DNA of 64,000 nucleotides from Paraspadella gotoi (GCA_051294375.1 CM119271.1:3868610-3932609); one strand, 5' to 3'. Positions 42,741 to 57,337 are shown, counted from the stretch's first letter. Numbers and translations are program-made. The notes: generated from the sequence alone by a model not told the origin.

Positions 42741-43639
42741 ATCCAGCGAAATTCATACACTAAAAGTCGAGTTTGGAAGGTCGGAGATTTGAAATTTATG
42801 TTTTCGAGTCGAGATTAGATTTTTCGTGTTTGTCGCTTCGCGCGAAAAGACGCATGCAGTCATGCACGCAAGTTATGACTCGTGATCGCACGCAAAGTCA
42901 CGTGGGTGCACGTCGTCTCGTGATCGCACGCAAGGCCTTGTATCCGGTATCTCTGAAACTGAAATAGAAGTCAAGTGATGTTCCAATCAACATTTATTTG
43001 TGTATTTTTTTCAGAAATTATGGTGTCCGAGAATTATATAAGCTTGATTTATACATACATGTTTTACTGGAGAGGGGTTATTATTACGCATAGGATTAAA
43101 ATGATCATAAAATATTTTTTTTAGCTCTAAGAACAACAACTCAAAAAGTCAGGCCGACAATTTCTTCCACAATGTTGTTGAATAACAAAATACTAAGGTC
43201 TTCTCCATTTCCTCTCTCAGAGAGAAACACGAAACAGTTTTTTGTCTTTGGCACAAAACGTCGGATCCTTGGAGAAGAAAATAATCGATACACGTGATCC
43301 TGGAAATTCAATTTTCTTCACGCGTGAAAAAATGTGGCGGAAAAAAAAAAAAAAGATTGGTTCGAGGTGAAATTGCATCTTCGTTCAGGAGGAATCTTTA
43401 AATAATTGAGTGAAGAGACATAAAAGGGAGAATATTGGATGTTATGCGAACGGGTGCGTTCGAATACTGTAATTTGCGGTATTGGTTTTGCATATTGGAG
43501 ACAGGTTTGCGCATTGCACACTGGGCAGGGGGCATATATTTCCTTACGCGTATCCAAAAATCGATGGAAATTGGAACCTAAGATGGGCTTGGTCAATGGT
43601 CATGAAGTGACAGCTTTACTTCACGAACCACCGTGTCAC

Positions 43640-43678
<39 letters not shown>

Positions 43679-43679
43679 C

Positions 43680-43714
<35 letters not shown>

Positions 43715-45242
43715 TGATCACTCTATTAGTATTTTAGCTCCCAGCCTTCCCAGAATCATCAAATCTAAATATCAAAAGCCGAGGATCGAAACGAAAGCTT
43801 TGGACCCTCAGTTCTAGTGGACTGACTGTGGATTCCATTTTCAAATTTATAATAATGACAAACATTAACAACCAACGGAAACAGAAAGAGTTCTTAGCAA
43901 ACCAAAAAAAAAATCAATGAGAGACCAGAATGAGAATAAAAAGTAAACAGTGGAGACTCAAATTACGTCATGATTCGTATGCTGAAGATCGATTTTTGGG
44001 GCAAATCCGATATCAAAAGGATTCCAACACAAACCGTTCCTAAAATTGTAGAGTAATTGACATTTGAACAGAATAATTTTCATTGTTTGTAAACAATTAC
44101 GCAACAAAAGTTTAGAGAATCAGCGAAGAAGTAAACTTGCAAAAAAAAAATGTTGATGTTCCCGATTTTTTTTAAAAATAAGAACGGTAATTCGAATTTG
44201 TTTTCGCCGCAGTGACTGCCTTATCTCGTATATTTCTTGTGACATGACATGACATGACATGACATGACATGACAAGACAATACGTAACATGACATAACTG
44301 AATGACTAGGATTTCCTGAAGGCGCGGACGCTAGCAGTCAGTTAGATTTGATGTTTTTTTCCTGACTTAAAAATGAACACAACTATGGGCAAACAATAAG
44401 CGTTTTTCACGTAAGTGGGACAGACCAACCGACAGACATACGACCGACAGACAGACAGAACGACAGACAGAGACAGAACCAACCAAAATTGACCTAAAGA
44501 GTTGCTCCACAAGTACTCACGGAGCAACTAAAAAATTTGTCGTGTTTCCCCAAAGCCATTCTCATCGTTGATGAACTCGTGAAGGCAAAAAGGTGATGAC
44601 ATAATGAGAGTTTGGGACGAAAATACCTCAAAAGGGGGATAGGGGAGGGCGGGATAGGGAGGCGGGATAGGGAAGGGGGGATATGGGAAAAGCGACGGTG
44701 ACAAAGACATTAATGAGGATGAAGATGATAAAACTAACGACGCAAGTTATGATGTCGAGGATTGTTTGACTTTTTTTTATGAGTTGTGCCGTGAGTACTC
44801 TCGGAGCAACTCTATTATGTCACTTTTCAGTCTGTCTGATGGTCAGTCCTTTGGTTAGTCGGTCCGTTGGCATGTTTTGTCTGTCGATCTGTCCCACTTA
44901 AGTTTAAAAAATGCATGTAATTTGCCTATAGTTGGTTTCTCATTTGTTAAGACAGAAAAAAACCTCAAATGTAAGAGACTGCTAGAGTCACCTTCAGGAA
45001 ATCCTAAAACAATAAGGAATAAAAGATGGAGTTTAAATGCAGTGCATGTCCTAAATATATGGGCTAAGAAAGTTAATAAGTTATTGTAGTCATATATTCA
45101 TGTTATGTCACGTGATGTCATGTCACGAGAAATACACGTGATAAGGGAGTCACTTCGGCGCAACACATTTGAATTACCCGTTCTTGTTTTTTTTTACATT
45201 CTTTGTTCTCCTAGTCTTTTGACTTCATTTTCTATTTCTCTT

Positions 45243-45332
<90 letters not shown>

Positions 45333-45579
45333 TTCTCATCTTATTCTTTCCTCTCTTCCGCCCCTTCTTGCCAAAATACGAGCCGGTTTCCCAAATAGCA
45401 GCCGCCCTCACCAAACATAAGCTCGGGCCCAGTCTTCAACTTAATCCACGGCGAAAAAAAAATGTGTTTTGAAACCTTCTGGAGTTTTTAACTAGTTTTT
45501 AACATGGTTCGTCAATATTGATCGCTATAATAAAGGAATAATTCAATAAAGGAATAAAAAAAAATGTAGAAAGAAATGA

Positions 45580-48563
45580 CACGGTTCCTTTTTACATTCG
45601 ATTTACTCGGCCATGGAGTGCACAAGAATGAGATGTCCCGGGATACGTTTCCGGACCTTTGGGCTACACAAAAAAAGGTAATCAAATTTTTTCCTAATGA
45701 CAGTTTTTTTATAAATTAATATTAAAATTAGCTATATAAAATCAATAAAGTAGAATAAAAAAATTTAAAAATGGTTTAAATTTTTTTTAAAAATGAAAAT
45801 ATCATGCATCATCCATAATCTATGAACAATTTTCTTTCGTTTGAGTCCATAACCATTATTCTATCTTTAATAGTTTATTTGTAATTATTTTTTTTTTTAT
45901 TAAAATATTATTTTAATTTTTTTTCAAATAATTTAAATTAAAAAAAATTATAACTATGCCAAATGATTGAAGAAAAATTTTATATTATAAGGGACTTACC
46001 TACCTAATATAGGCCTTCAAATACATATATAGTAAGTTCATTATAATGATGTTTTGACATAGAAAATAAATAATTTATAAAATTAAATATATGAAAAAAT
46101 TTTAACTTTGAATTTTTTTTTAGCATAATAAACATAATTATTAATTAATTGTTCATGATGCTTTTAATAGCTACTGGTCAGTTGTATCATTCTCAATTAT
46201 AATAATTTTTATAACTTTTTTATTTTTAGTAATACTGACTGCTATATTTACTTACTTTTGACAAAATCCAAAAATTACTGGGTATTAAAAAATTATGTAT
46301 GAAACAGACGAAAACTTTTTTTTAAATCACATGCTATTTAATTGTTTGAACTGATATAATATTATCCTTGGACAAAATTTAAAAAGTTTTAAACAATCCC
46401 AACTAAGACATTTTTAAAGGTTGTCAAATGTATAAATATTTGATATTCGGACTGCTTTGTAGGTTTTAACTTAATTCAGTAGCCTCTTTTAATATGACAG
46501 AAAAGCAGTATATTTAACAGTTTTTTTATTTGGAGTGGGCATCAAAGTTCTAACACATATTAACATCAGTATATTTGTTAAGTATAGTAGATTCCTCTAT
46601 AGATTTTTTAATTTTTGAAAACGTTTTTACTTTTTTTCCTATAATTTTTTGACACGCAAAACGTTTTTTTGAATTTACGCGAAAGAGAATGTAAAAAATT
46701 AAAAATAAATAGTACCAATTAGTTAGATTTATGTCTAGAATAGATGAAAAAAAAACTTGTTTAAAAAATTTGATCGGAAGTGGGGTAACTAAGGCTTACC
46801 AACGGTATCCTCCATGCTGATCGTTCTCTCCTATAATTTTTTTTAATTTTAATACATTTGAAAGGGAAAAAAAGAAAATTCAGAATTCAGGTGGCATAAA
46901 GGGTAGAGAAAATCTGTACATAGTGACATGATAATAATGACCTTTTATGTCTTGCGTAATGGGGCAGTAAAGAAACCTTAAAAATGGCAATCATTAAGTC
47001 AGTCAATGAACCCTTTTCGCGAATTTTTTTTTCTTAATTAAAATGGATGATAAATAATAGAATTAAATTCCCTTTATAAAGGTTGTTATATTTAAAAGAA
47101 AATTATCAATACAATTCAACACAATGATGTCTTGGCTTTGTCAAATATGTCAGCAGTTAAGTAATTTTTAAAATTTTATTATGATAAACAAGCAGTATAT
47201 CAAGCTTTTTCTTTGCAGTTAAAGATAATGAAAATGATTATTTTTTTTCACAGACAAGAAGGTAGACGTCCAGACTGTTTATATCAAGCTGAAAACATTT
47301 TATTATTTATCATTTTTTATATTTAAAAAACATTTTATCAAGCTACTACAAATTTTTTGCTTGTTTTTTACTTTAACTGAAAAATACAAAGCAAATTTAT
47401 AAAGTAGAGAAAATTTAATGGTAATTAAAATGTAATTCCAGACTTTCCTCTTTTAATTTACAAAAGAAAAACAAAAATTTTATATGCCTTCATTGAAATT
47501 TGTAATGCAAAAAACTGTTATACTTTTAACTCGTATTTAAATAAAAACTGTGTAAAGATTTATGGATAAATTTAACAAAACTGTTCTAAGAAATATGTCC
47601 CATGATTAGGGCTTTAATTTGATACCACACCCACCTTGCTACTCTTTTTTTTCAAAAGATATTCAAGAAAATAACTTTTTTTTATTACTTTTTTGCATCT
47701 TGCAGTTTTTTTAAAAACAACCTAACTTTTGGCCTTAAAAATGTCTAGTTGGGATTGTTTAAAAACTTTTAAATTTTGTCCAAGGATAAATATTATAATC
47801 AGTTCAAACAATTAATAGCATGTGATTTAAAAAAAAGTTTTTCGTCTGTTTCATACATAATTTTTAATACCAGTTAATTTTTGGATTTTGTCAAAAGTAA
47901 GTAAATATAGCAGTCAGTATTACTAAAAATAAAAAAAGTTATAAAATTATTATAATGAGAATAATACAACTGACCAGTAGCTATTAAAAGCATCATGAAC
48001 AATTAATTAATAATTATGTTTATTATGCTAAAAAAAAATTCAAAGTTAAATTTTTTTCATATATTTAATTTTATAAATTATTTATTTTCTATGTCAAAAC
48101 ATCATCATAATAAAACTTACTATATATGTATTTGAAGGCCTATATTAGGTAGGTAAGTCCTTATAATATAAATTTTTCTTCAATCATTTGGCATAGTTAT
48201 AATTTTTTTTAATTTAAATTATTTGAAAAATTAAAATAAATATTTTAATAAAGAAATTAATTACAAATAAACTATTAAAGATAGAATAATGGTTATGGAC
48301 TCAAACGAAAGAAAATTGTTCATAGATTATGGATGATGCATGATATTTTTATTTTTAAAAAAATGAAACCATTTTTAAAATTTTTTTTATTCTACTTTAT
48401 TGATTTTATATAGCTAATTTTAATATTAATTTATAAAAAAACTGTCATTAGGAAAAATTTGATTACCCTTTTTTTGTGTAACCCAAGGTCCGGAAACGTA
48501 TCCCGGGACATCTTCATTCTTGTGCACTCCATGCCGAGTAAATCGATGTAAAAAGGAACCGTG
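45580..48563. mobile_element. Chapaev/CMC-like 2984-bp element in unit 3
   Basis: Same termini, length and ATGA TSD. Confidence 0.88.
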
Positions 48564-48777
48564 ATGAAGAAATAAGCAGAAATAATACGAAAAAATGAAT
48601 AAAATAATAATAATAATAATAATAAAACAAAAAATCCGTCGGAAATAAAGGAACATAAGAGAAAAAAACACCGTCTCGTTCGACGATTGTCAGTCACATC
48701 AGAAATCTGAATGATAATAGAAAGAAAGAAAGGAAAAAAAAAATTGATGGCTGAAGGACGTAAATATCCTTGAGAGA

Positions 48778-48843
<66 letters not shown>

Positions 48844-49249
48844 AGAAAAAAAGAGACAAAATGGCGATTAAGCTTCTAAGACTCGAAGTCGCGAAGAAAC
48901 CAGATTTTTCTTCGTATTTTTCAGTTGCGTCAACGAGAGTTCTCGCGGTGCAAGTGACTTTTAGGTCGGTCCCATTGGTCTATCCAACTAACGCTTTAAA
49001 TGATCATGAGTCTGGTAATATTGTATCAATTAAGTTTAAATCTGTAGGTAAGGTAATGTATCATGAGACCTTTTATGTTCATATGTATATACTTGTGCCG
49101 TAACGAGATGACCTAAAAAAGCGATTACAAGACCAGAAATTTGATGCATCATAATTTATAAAATACTAAATTATTTTAGATAATACTTGATAGATTGATA
49201 AGTCTTTTGTACTTCTATGAAATTAGTACAACCAATTGGTACAACCAAT

Positions 49250-49488
49250 ATATAAATATATGTGGAGAAGGCGCTACGTGGGCTGAAGATGACTGTCCGT
49301 AACTTCTATAACCCCCTCTAACAGCCATGGAACGGGTCCCTGGGCATGGAACCAGGCTTGAGGGTTTGCCATGTCCTCAAGGCGGCTTACGGCTCCTCAC
49401 GCTTCCCGCTGGGTAGGTACCGGGTTGGGATCGAACCCGGTACCTAGTGGTCATGAGCTGATGGCTTTACTCAATGAGCCACCGGGTC
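49250..49488 (-). mobile_element. Intact tRNA-derived SINE in unit 3
   Basis: Matches 37040-37278. Confidence 0.8.
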
Positions 49489-50189
49489 ACAACTGAGAGG
49501 GTCATGATTCTAGGCGGGGTGAACCTAGGCAATGCCCGACTACATATATATCATACTTCCATAATCATTATGATCATATAAAATAGAGTCACATGTATTT
49601 AAGTAAATGTGGAATATTTTATGAAATTGGTAAAACCAATATAAAAATTAATAAATCAGCTATCTCGCCCCTGACTTTGAACAGGCTTTGGTGGTTTAAG
49701 GCCTCCATCACTCTTACAAGATAATGACATAGCAGGTCCCTGCAAGCTTATGCAATATTTGTTTGTTTTAATTGAAAATTGCAGATAAGTGATCAACAAT
49801 AAATTGTTTATTTGATATAAATATGTACCACTTATATACTATATAGACATATAATTTCCCAAAAATGAATATAATAAGAAAATTACTGCGGCATGATACA
49901 TCGAAATTACTGTTCTTGTTTTTTCAAATATTTTTTTTTTAAAATCAAACATTTATTTTTAGTCAGAAGATTGTTAAGTCGGTGTGGGGGGGTTATTTAA
50001 TTGGTCTGACCTTGGAGTGTTGGGTTGTTGATTAGGAATGGCACTGATACTTTGCTCGTCTGGTTCTGCAGATCTATACATCTTTTGTTGATAGCGATGG
50101 GTATTATCTTGTGTATTTTTCGTTTTGTTACATAAAATTTATGTCAAAAAAAAATTATGCCAGTTATTACGGACCTTGGCTTTCCATAA

Positions 50190-50258
<69 letters not shown>

Positions 50259-50499
50259 CGAGCTAACGCTGGACCAGAGCCAGAATTAAAAGAAGATAAA
50301 GAACTGAAAAAGAGGAGAAAGTCTTTTGTTTGTGGAGCGAGAGAATTTCCAAATCCCGGGATGATTAATTTCTGCTCATTACGCTCAATAGTAAAAGAAT
50401 AAAATTAATTATTCCCATGAAAAATGTCGTAAAAGTTAAATTGCAGGATCATCTAAAAACTATTGGAAATGTAAAAAAAAATTCAATGTAAACACATAA

Positions 50500-50681
50500 A
50501 CTAATCAATGGAATCAATCAAACCAATCTAATCAATGGAATCAATCAAATTAACCAAAATAATCTAATCAAATCGAATCAAATCAAATCAATTACATTAA
50601 ATAAAATCAATAAAATCGATTACATCAAGTCATCAACTACTCTCAATCAATCAATCAATCAATCCTTCAATATTTAATCAC

Positions 50682-50718
<37 letters not shown>
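50500..50718. repeat. (ATCA)n / AATCA low-complexity tract
   Basis: Direct read. Confidence 0.85.
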
Positions 50719-51423
50719 GACAAGCACCTACCTTAAAGTCGACGAAGCCCAAAACTCCTTCTTTCCTTTTTAAAACAGACTCAGTCCTCGTTGAGGATTA
50801 AAAGACGGATTTAAATACGTGGCGTTGGATTAATTAATTAATTAGCCTAATTAGNNNNNNNNNNNNNNNNNNNNNNNNNNNNNNNNNNNNNNNNNNNNNN
50901 NNNNNNNNNNNNNNNNNNNNNNNNNNNNNNNNNNNNNNNNNNNNNNNNNNNNNNNNNNNNNNNNNNNNNNNNNNNNNNNNNNNNNNNNNNNNNNNNNNNN
51001 NNNNNNNNNNNNNNNNNNNNNNNNNNNNNNNNNNNNNNNNNNNNNNNNNNNNNNNNNNNNNNNNNNNNNNNNNNNNNNNNNNNNNNNNNNNNNNNNNNNN
51101 NNNNNNNNNNNNNNNNNNNNNNGGAGATGAGTAAGTGGCTTAATTAAATTTTATTCGTTAAAAAGTTTGAATAATTTATTTCGAGAGGACGATGAATTGA
51201 GAAAATGATGTATGAATTTGAATAGCAAAACAATGTTAAATTTACAAAATAATAAAACCTACAAAAAAAGAATCAAATCGGTCGTTGACAGTTACGAGTT
51301 GTTCTCTTTTTTCTTAAAATTAAGTCGAGCGAAAACGAAAAAGAAAAAAAAAGACACATTTTTTTCCCCCTCGTTCACTTTTATAGAGGCGTTGAGAAGT
51401 CACGCCCACTTGACAACGAAAAG

Positions 51424-51456
<33 letters not shown>

Positions 51457-52285
51457 TATCGTCGTCATCGTCGTTATCGTCGTCGTCATCGTCGTCGTCT
51501 GTGGCGTCTAGATCTAAACGCCTTTTGTCCTTTTTCTCCAAATGTCATTTTTCATTTTTTCTGTGACGTTGGTTCGTCGCCTTGTCGCCAGGTCGTCAAA
51601 CGCAGGAGTGTCATCCCTAGCTGGAGAAGATGTAGCAAATTCAAGTAGTCATCTCTAGTAGTTTATTTTATAAGTTTGCGACTTTTTAAAACAAAATTTG
51701 ATAGTAAAAAAAGACGAACGTTGCGTAATAATATTATCGTATCATCGCATAATTCATATACATGAAGTTTCGATCAATCGTTACGGGTCCATACGATATG
51801 AGGACAAACTTAATATTGTAGAAAATGTTTATTATTATGTTTATTATTATGTTTATTATGTTTATTATTTAAAGATGGCGACAGTGATAGATCTTCATAA
51901 ACATACGTCGGGAATTTGAAAAAGAAAAATGGCGGTGGAAAATGAAAGAAAATGGCGAAAAAATGGAGGAGAAAATGGAAAGAAAAATGGAAAAAGACGA
52001 AGGAAAGGAGAGAAGAAGAAATGGAAATCGTGGGAGGATGAGGAGGAGGAAGAGGAGGAGGAGGAGGAGGAAATGAAGAGGAAGAAGAAGAAGGGGAGAA
52101 AAAGGTGCGGGTGGTGAATGAGAATATATCGAAGATTCCTCTTGCATTAGTATATTTTAAACCATATTGGTCAAATAGGACCAACCAACATTCTCATACA
52201 CTACCGTTTCCATCAGGGATTTATTTTTAATTGATTAATGACTGAAGTTATTTAGTTAAATAGAAGAATAGATTAGTAAAATAAT

Positions 52286-52336
<51 letters not shown>

Positions 52337-53073
52337 GAGAGATATTCCCCAATTCACGAGGTGCAAAATAGACTGCGTTATAAACCAAATTTGCATAATG
52401 TGATTCCAACGGCAGAGAACCTCACGTATCCATAAGATGTAAAACTCATTAAATTTCGCGTCGAATTTCGTCTTCGTGCTTCTTTCGTTCGACAAGATTC
52501 CGTTAGATGGCGATCGGCTTTCGAACGGTGAGAAATGATGTCCGACACTATTTATCAAGAAATTAATACGAAATACCTACGAGAGCGCTTTACTTTTAAA
52601 TTCGGTTTATATAGGGATAAACATCTTTGCGCATATTTGTAGTGTTTTATATAGAGCATCGATTTTAGTTAATTAATTCATGCTATTGGTTAAGCGTCAT
52701 TTTTAAATCTCACATGTCCATTTTTTTTAATTTAAAAGTTCTTTGGAAAGATATTTTCTTTTCTGTGATTTGGTGGTTTTGATAATAAGCAAAATATCTC
52801 AACTGCTGTTAGTTGTAAAAATATCTAGTCACAAAAAACTGTAACTTAGTTTAATACCGTTATATTGTTCATCGTCATTTAATTGGATTAAAAGAACAAA
52901 ATACAAACGATTTTTACCGATGACGAAATCAACATTCAACAAAGTCGACAAAGAAGGAAATAAATAAAATTCTTATTTGAAAATATTAACTCAAAGTCGA
53001 ACTCAATTTCTTCTCCGCGTTATTGAAGGGAAGGGAAATCGGATTTTCATATTTGCGTCTACATTCTCTCTCT

Positions 53074-53153
<80 letters not shown>

Positions 53154-53675
53154 GTTGATTCCCAATGCAAAGACGCTCGCTCGCGGTCGGAAGATTCTCT
53201 CGGGATCACGCGCCTGAACGCTCGCGTCGATTTTGCCTGTCGGGTCTTGTGTCAAGATTGCCTGTCGGGTCGTGTGTCGAGTCAGGTCGAATCTCGGGTC
53301 ATCTGTCAGGTTTAATGTCATCCCTAGTTCGGTCACATTTCAGGTTACTTATCGCACATCGTACATCCCTCATTGAATGCCGCTTCAGGAAAAAAAAAAG
53401 CTTTTCCCTCTGTCTCTCTTGACAGGCTTGGTCATATAAAAACTTGATCTAGAGTTTCCCGTCATTTCCTCCTCGGTTCGCCTATTAGGTCCCTCGTCAA
53501 AAATCGGGTCGGGTCAAATCTCGAGTCATCTGCTCGGGGTTACATGTCGTCGGTCAAGTCGCCTGGTCGCTCCTCGCAGTCCTCAGCTATCTGGCGAGTA
53601 TGGCCTGTTAGACAGCCTGTTAGACAGCCTTCTCCGGTCGCGTTTCTGCCAAATAGACAAGAGCTAGAGTAAATA

Positions 53676-53785
53676 ACGCGTCGCGTCACTTGGCGCGCGA
53701 CGCGTCGAGTGACGAGTGTCCAGAATATTTTCGGTTCGGGGGGGGGGGGGGGAAAGAGGCGGGGGAGGTCACGTGACTGACCAAT
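53676..53785 (+). promoter_or_regulatory. Candidate promoter cluster: CpG-rich hairpin, G-runs, palindromic E-box, CCAAT
   Basis: ACGCGTCGCG/CGCGACGCGT stem (53676-53705), poly-G, GTCACGTGAC (53768-53777), CCAAT (53781-53785), ~0.9 kb upstream of the Cys-rich gene. Motif match only. Confidence 0.3.
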
Positions 53786-54681
53786 GATCCAGTTTTTTTT
53801 TTTTTTCTTTTTTTTTTTATGTCGTCGAGTGAAAAGATTTACTTAGATCGCCAATCAAAAGTGAAACAATCTAACTATTATACATCATATATATAATATT
53901 TTTTTTCCTTTTTTAGCCTCGATTTTTTTTTTGGTTTATTAATAATTAAAAAAAAGTAATAGTCACTTGCTCTCAAAAATTGTGTTTTTTTTTTTAAATT
54001 GAGGGGAAAAATATATACCGCCAAAACATACGAATATACAAACATATAAACATATAATAACTCGAGTTATTGAGCTCAACGTTCGTTCAACAAAAACGCC
54101 AAAAAAACTCTTCCCGAGCTTCTTTTCGATCGAGACGTCGCCACAATATTAATTGAATTAGTTTAATTAGTTAAGAAACTATTTCGACCAACTATAATTT
54201 AAAAATTGAAGTCGTTCCCTCAAAAAAGAGCAAAAAAGCCTTTCGCCAAATAAAAACGGTTGTCAAAATAGTTAAATAAAGAAAAAAATACCACCGACAG
54301 GTAAACGTAATTAAAACAAGTAACTCCAAATTTAGCAAATGATCATTTCAAGTATTTTAATGATAGATTTTCAAATGATTTTCAAAAAAAAAAAAANNNN
54401 NNNNNNNNNNNNNNNNNNNNNNNNNNNNNNNNNNNNNNNNNNNNNNNNNNNNNNNNNNNNNNNNNNNNNNNNNNNNNNNNNNNNNNNNNNNNNNNNNNNN
54501 NNNNNNNNNNNNNNNNNNNNNNNNNNNNNNNNNNNNNNNNNNNNNNNNNNNNNNNNNNNNNNNNNNNNNNNNNNNNNNNNNNNNNNNNNNNNNNNNNNNN
54601 NNNNNNNNNNNNNNNNNNNNNNNNNNNNNNNNNNNNNNNNNNNNNNNNNNNNNNNNNNNNNNNNNNNNNNNNNNNNNNNNN

Positions 54682-54821
54682 CTGCCATTTTCCTCTCTTT
54701 CGTCGTCGTCATCGTCGTCGTCGTCGTCGCCGGTGTCGACGAGACTGTGGACCACTGTCCCCCGGACTCGAACGCCGACTCGGACGTTTGCGACGCGGCA
54801 ATCTGCCTCAAATGCAGAGGG
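54682..54821 (+). CDS. Exon (5' end in gap) of small secreted Cys-rich protein: signal peptide plus 4 Cys
   Basis: AIFLSFVVVIVVVVAG|VDETVDHCPPDSNADSDVCDAAICLKCRG, GC-rich codons, then phase-0 donor GTGAGT at 54822; start codon presumably in the N-gap 54397-54681. Confidence 0.75.
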
Positions 54822-55373
54822 GTGAGTGGTGCGAGATAGAGACGGAAGTATTAGAGTGACGGACGGACTGACGTGTGAAGAGACGGAATTACGGACAAGG
54901 AGACTGACAGGCCTCACAGTTGTTTAGAAGGANNNNNNNNNNNNNNNNNNNNNNNNNNNNNNNNNNNNNNNNNNNNNNNNNNNNNNNNNNNNNNNNNNNN
55001 NNNNNNNNNNNNNNNNNNNNNNNNNNNNNNNNNNNNNNNNNNNNNNNNNNNNNNNNNNNNNNNNNNNNNNNNNNNNNNNNNNNNNNNNNNNNNNNNNNNN
55101 NNNNNNNNNNNNNNNNNNNNNNNNNNNNNNNNNNNNNNNNNNNNNNNNNNNNNNNNNNNNNNNNNNNNNNNNNNNNNNNNNNNNNNNNNNNNNNNNNNAA
55201 AAAGTTAATAAATGAGCTATCTTGTCCCTGACTCACAATATAATGCCATAGAACCACCCTGAAAGATTTCAATCAAGGACCACTCACTCATTTCATTTTA
55301 AATTAACAAAACGAAAGAAACAAAAGGCCGAACGCAAACAAAACAAATCTGTCCCCCCCTCTGCCACCAACAG

Positions 55374-55619
55374 CCGAAGGGCGACGCCGGCGAAGAGTGG
55401 GTGAGATCTACCACATCGACGCCCTGTTCCGGAACGACCAAGGGCGACCGCGACGCCGTCTGCGCCGGCGCCAAGGACAAAAGCAACGCCGAAGCCGTCT
55501 CATGCAAGACTTGCAAGAAACCCGAAGAGGTGAAAAGCGGCGCCGGGATGTTGACTCCTCGGGTTTTGGCGTTGGGGCTGCTCGGCGTCGTCGGGATCAT
55601 CGTCCAGAGCGTCTTTTGA
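55374..55619 (+). CDS. Terminal exon of the same gene: 4 Cys plus GPI-anchor-like C-terminus
   Basis: Pyrimidine tract and CAG acceptor (AG 55372-55373), phase 0 matching the donor; PKGDAGEEWVRSTTSTPCSGTTKGDRDAVCAGAKDKSNAEAVSCKTCKKPEEVKSGAGMLTPRVLALGLLGVVGIIVQSVF*; T-rich UTR follows. Confidence 0.8.
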   Translation, partial: PKGDAGEEWVRSTTSTPCSGTTKGDRDAVCAGAKDKSNAEAVSCKTCKKPEEVKSGAGMLTPRVLALGLLGVVGIIVQSVF

Positions 55620-56611
55620 ATCTTTGTTTTTTTATTTGTTATTTTTAATTGTTTTGTAAATACAACGGTGCGGCGTTAGTTTTGTTTCGTTTTGTTTCTT
55701 TGATAAATTTACAGTCGTCGGTTTACTAAAGCCTTATTTATTCGCATCAAATTAGTTATCCTAGTACCGCTTGGATTTAGTTCGTAAGCTTCATAAACTA
55801 TTTACATACTGCATCGAATCCTAAACAAACTGCGATGTTTGTTTAATTTTTAAGTGATCCATTTGCATCAATGCTTCACGGCCCGTCTCACAATGCGTCA
55901 CGAAAACGACTCGGCCTCGTAATCGTAATCGATTTTGGTCCGTGAGACGATTAACAATGACGACGACATTTTTGTCAAATTTCCTTTTTGTTTCCNNNNN
56001 NNNNNNNNNNNNNNNNNNNNNNNNNNNNNNNNNNNNNNNNNNNNNNNNNNNNNNNNNNNNNNNNNNNNNNNNNNNNNNNNNNNNNNNNNNNNNNNNNNNN
56101 NNNNNNNNNNNNNNNNNNNNNNNNNNNNNNNNNNNNNNNNNNNNNNNNNNNNNNNNNNNNNNNNNNNNNNNNNNNNNNNNNNNNNNNNNNNNNNNNNNNN
56201 NNNNNNNNNNNNNNNNNNNNNNNNNNNNNNNNNNNNNNNNNNNNNNNNNNNNNNNNNNNNNNNNNNNNNNNNNNNNNNNNNNNNNNNNNNNNNNNNNNNN
56301 NNNNNNNNNNNNNNNNNNNNNNNNNNNNNNNNNNNNNNNNNNNNNNNNNNNNNNNNNNNNNNNNNNNNNNNNNNNNNNNNNNNNNNNNNNNNNNNNNNNN
56401 NNNNNNNNNNNNNNNNNNNNNNNNNNNNNNNNNNNNNNNNNNNNNNNNNNNNNNNNNNNNNNNNNNNNNNNNNNNNNTTATTTTCTCCATTTTTTAATAT
56501 CATTCGCGACTTTTTTCTCCTTAATTTTCTCATACTTATTTTCCCCAGAACGCCCCATTTTGTCTTATATTCGAAATTAGGTAATTTTTTTTAAATTTAA
56601 GTGTAGGAGTG

Positions 56612-56668
56612 TTTAGGGTTAGGGATTAAGGTTAGGGTTTAGGGTCAGGGTTAAATGTTTAGGGTTAC
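56612..56668. repeat. Short degenerate TTAGGG tract
   Basis: TTTAGGGTTAGGGATTAAGGTTAGGGTTTAGGGTCAGGG. Confidence 0.7.
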
Positions 56669-57337
56669 CATTGCAGGATTTGGGTAAGGGATTGGTTAAA
56701 AGTTTAAGAAACATGGTTTAGTTAAATATTATGGATAAATATAAAAGAGGTGTCCTCTCGAGTAAGAGAGCAATTTCTTTTCTCACTCATTTTGCCATCT
56801 CCATCTCTCAAACCCTTCTTTTTTCCTTTTATATTTTTGGATCTTTTTGAGAAAAAGAAAAAAAAAATAATCGGCGCCAACGGACAAAGATGCAGTCAGC
56901 AATTTTTTTTTTCTTTTGACGTGAGAAAGATAACGGGATCCGCGTTGACGACGACGACGACGACGACGACAACGTGACTAAAAGAAAGTGTATTCACAGT
57001 CATTATTTGTTTTTAAAAAAAAGAATTCTCAATCTCAAAATAAATACGAAGTTTATAAAAGATTATTTAATAACACAATACGACATACTAAAACAAAGGA
57101 CGATAAAATTCGACGCCATTTTCTCTCGGAAGGTGAATGGTAACGACAAACAACGACGCCGATAACAACGACGACTGACGACCTCGACGACCGACCAAGA
57201 CGCAAATATGAGAGACAAAAGGATCTTTTTTTTTTCATTTCTTTCTTTTAACGATGGTCGTAAAGGAAAACACCCGGTTAAGTCAACCGGAAGAGAACAA
57301 TGCGAAATTGGAATCAAGGATCAGAAGAGGAAAAAAT

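Noticed and set aside
51320-52184. Poly-Asp, poly-Val, poly-Glu and poly-Pro ORFs
   Set aside because: (GTC)n and (GAG)n trinucleotide tracts with no supporting exon structure.
55898-56594. ORFs spanning N-runs (also 54357-55272 on the minus strand)
   Set aside because: Open only because X codons bridge assembly gaps.
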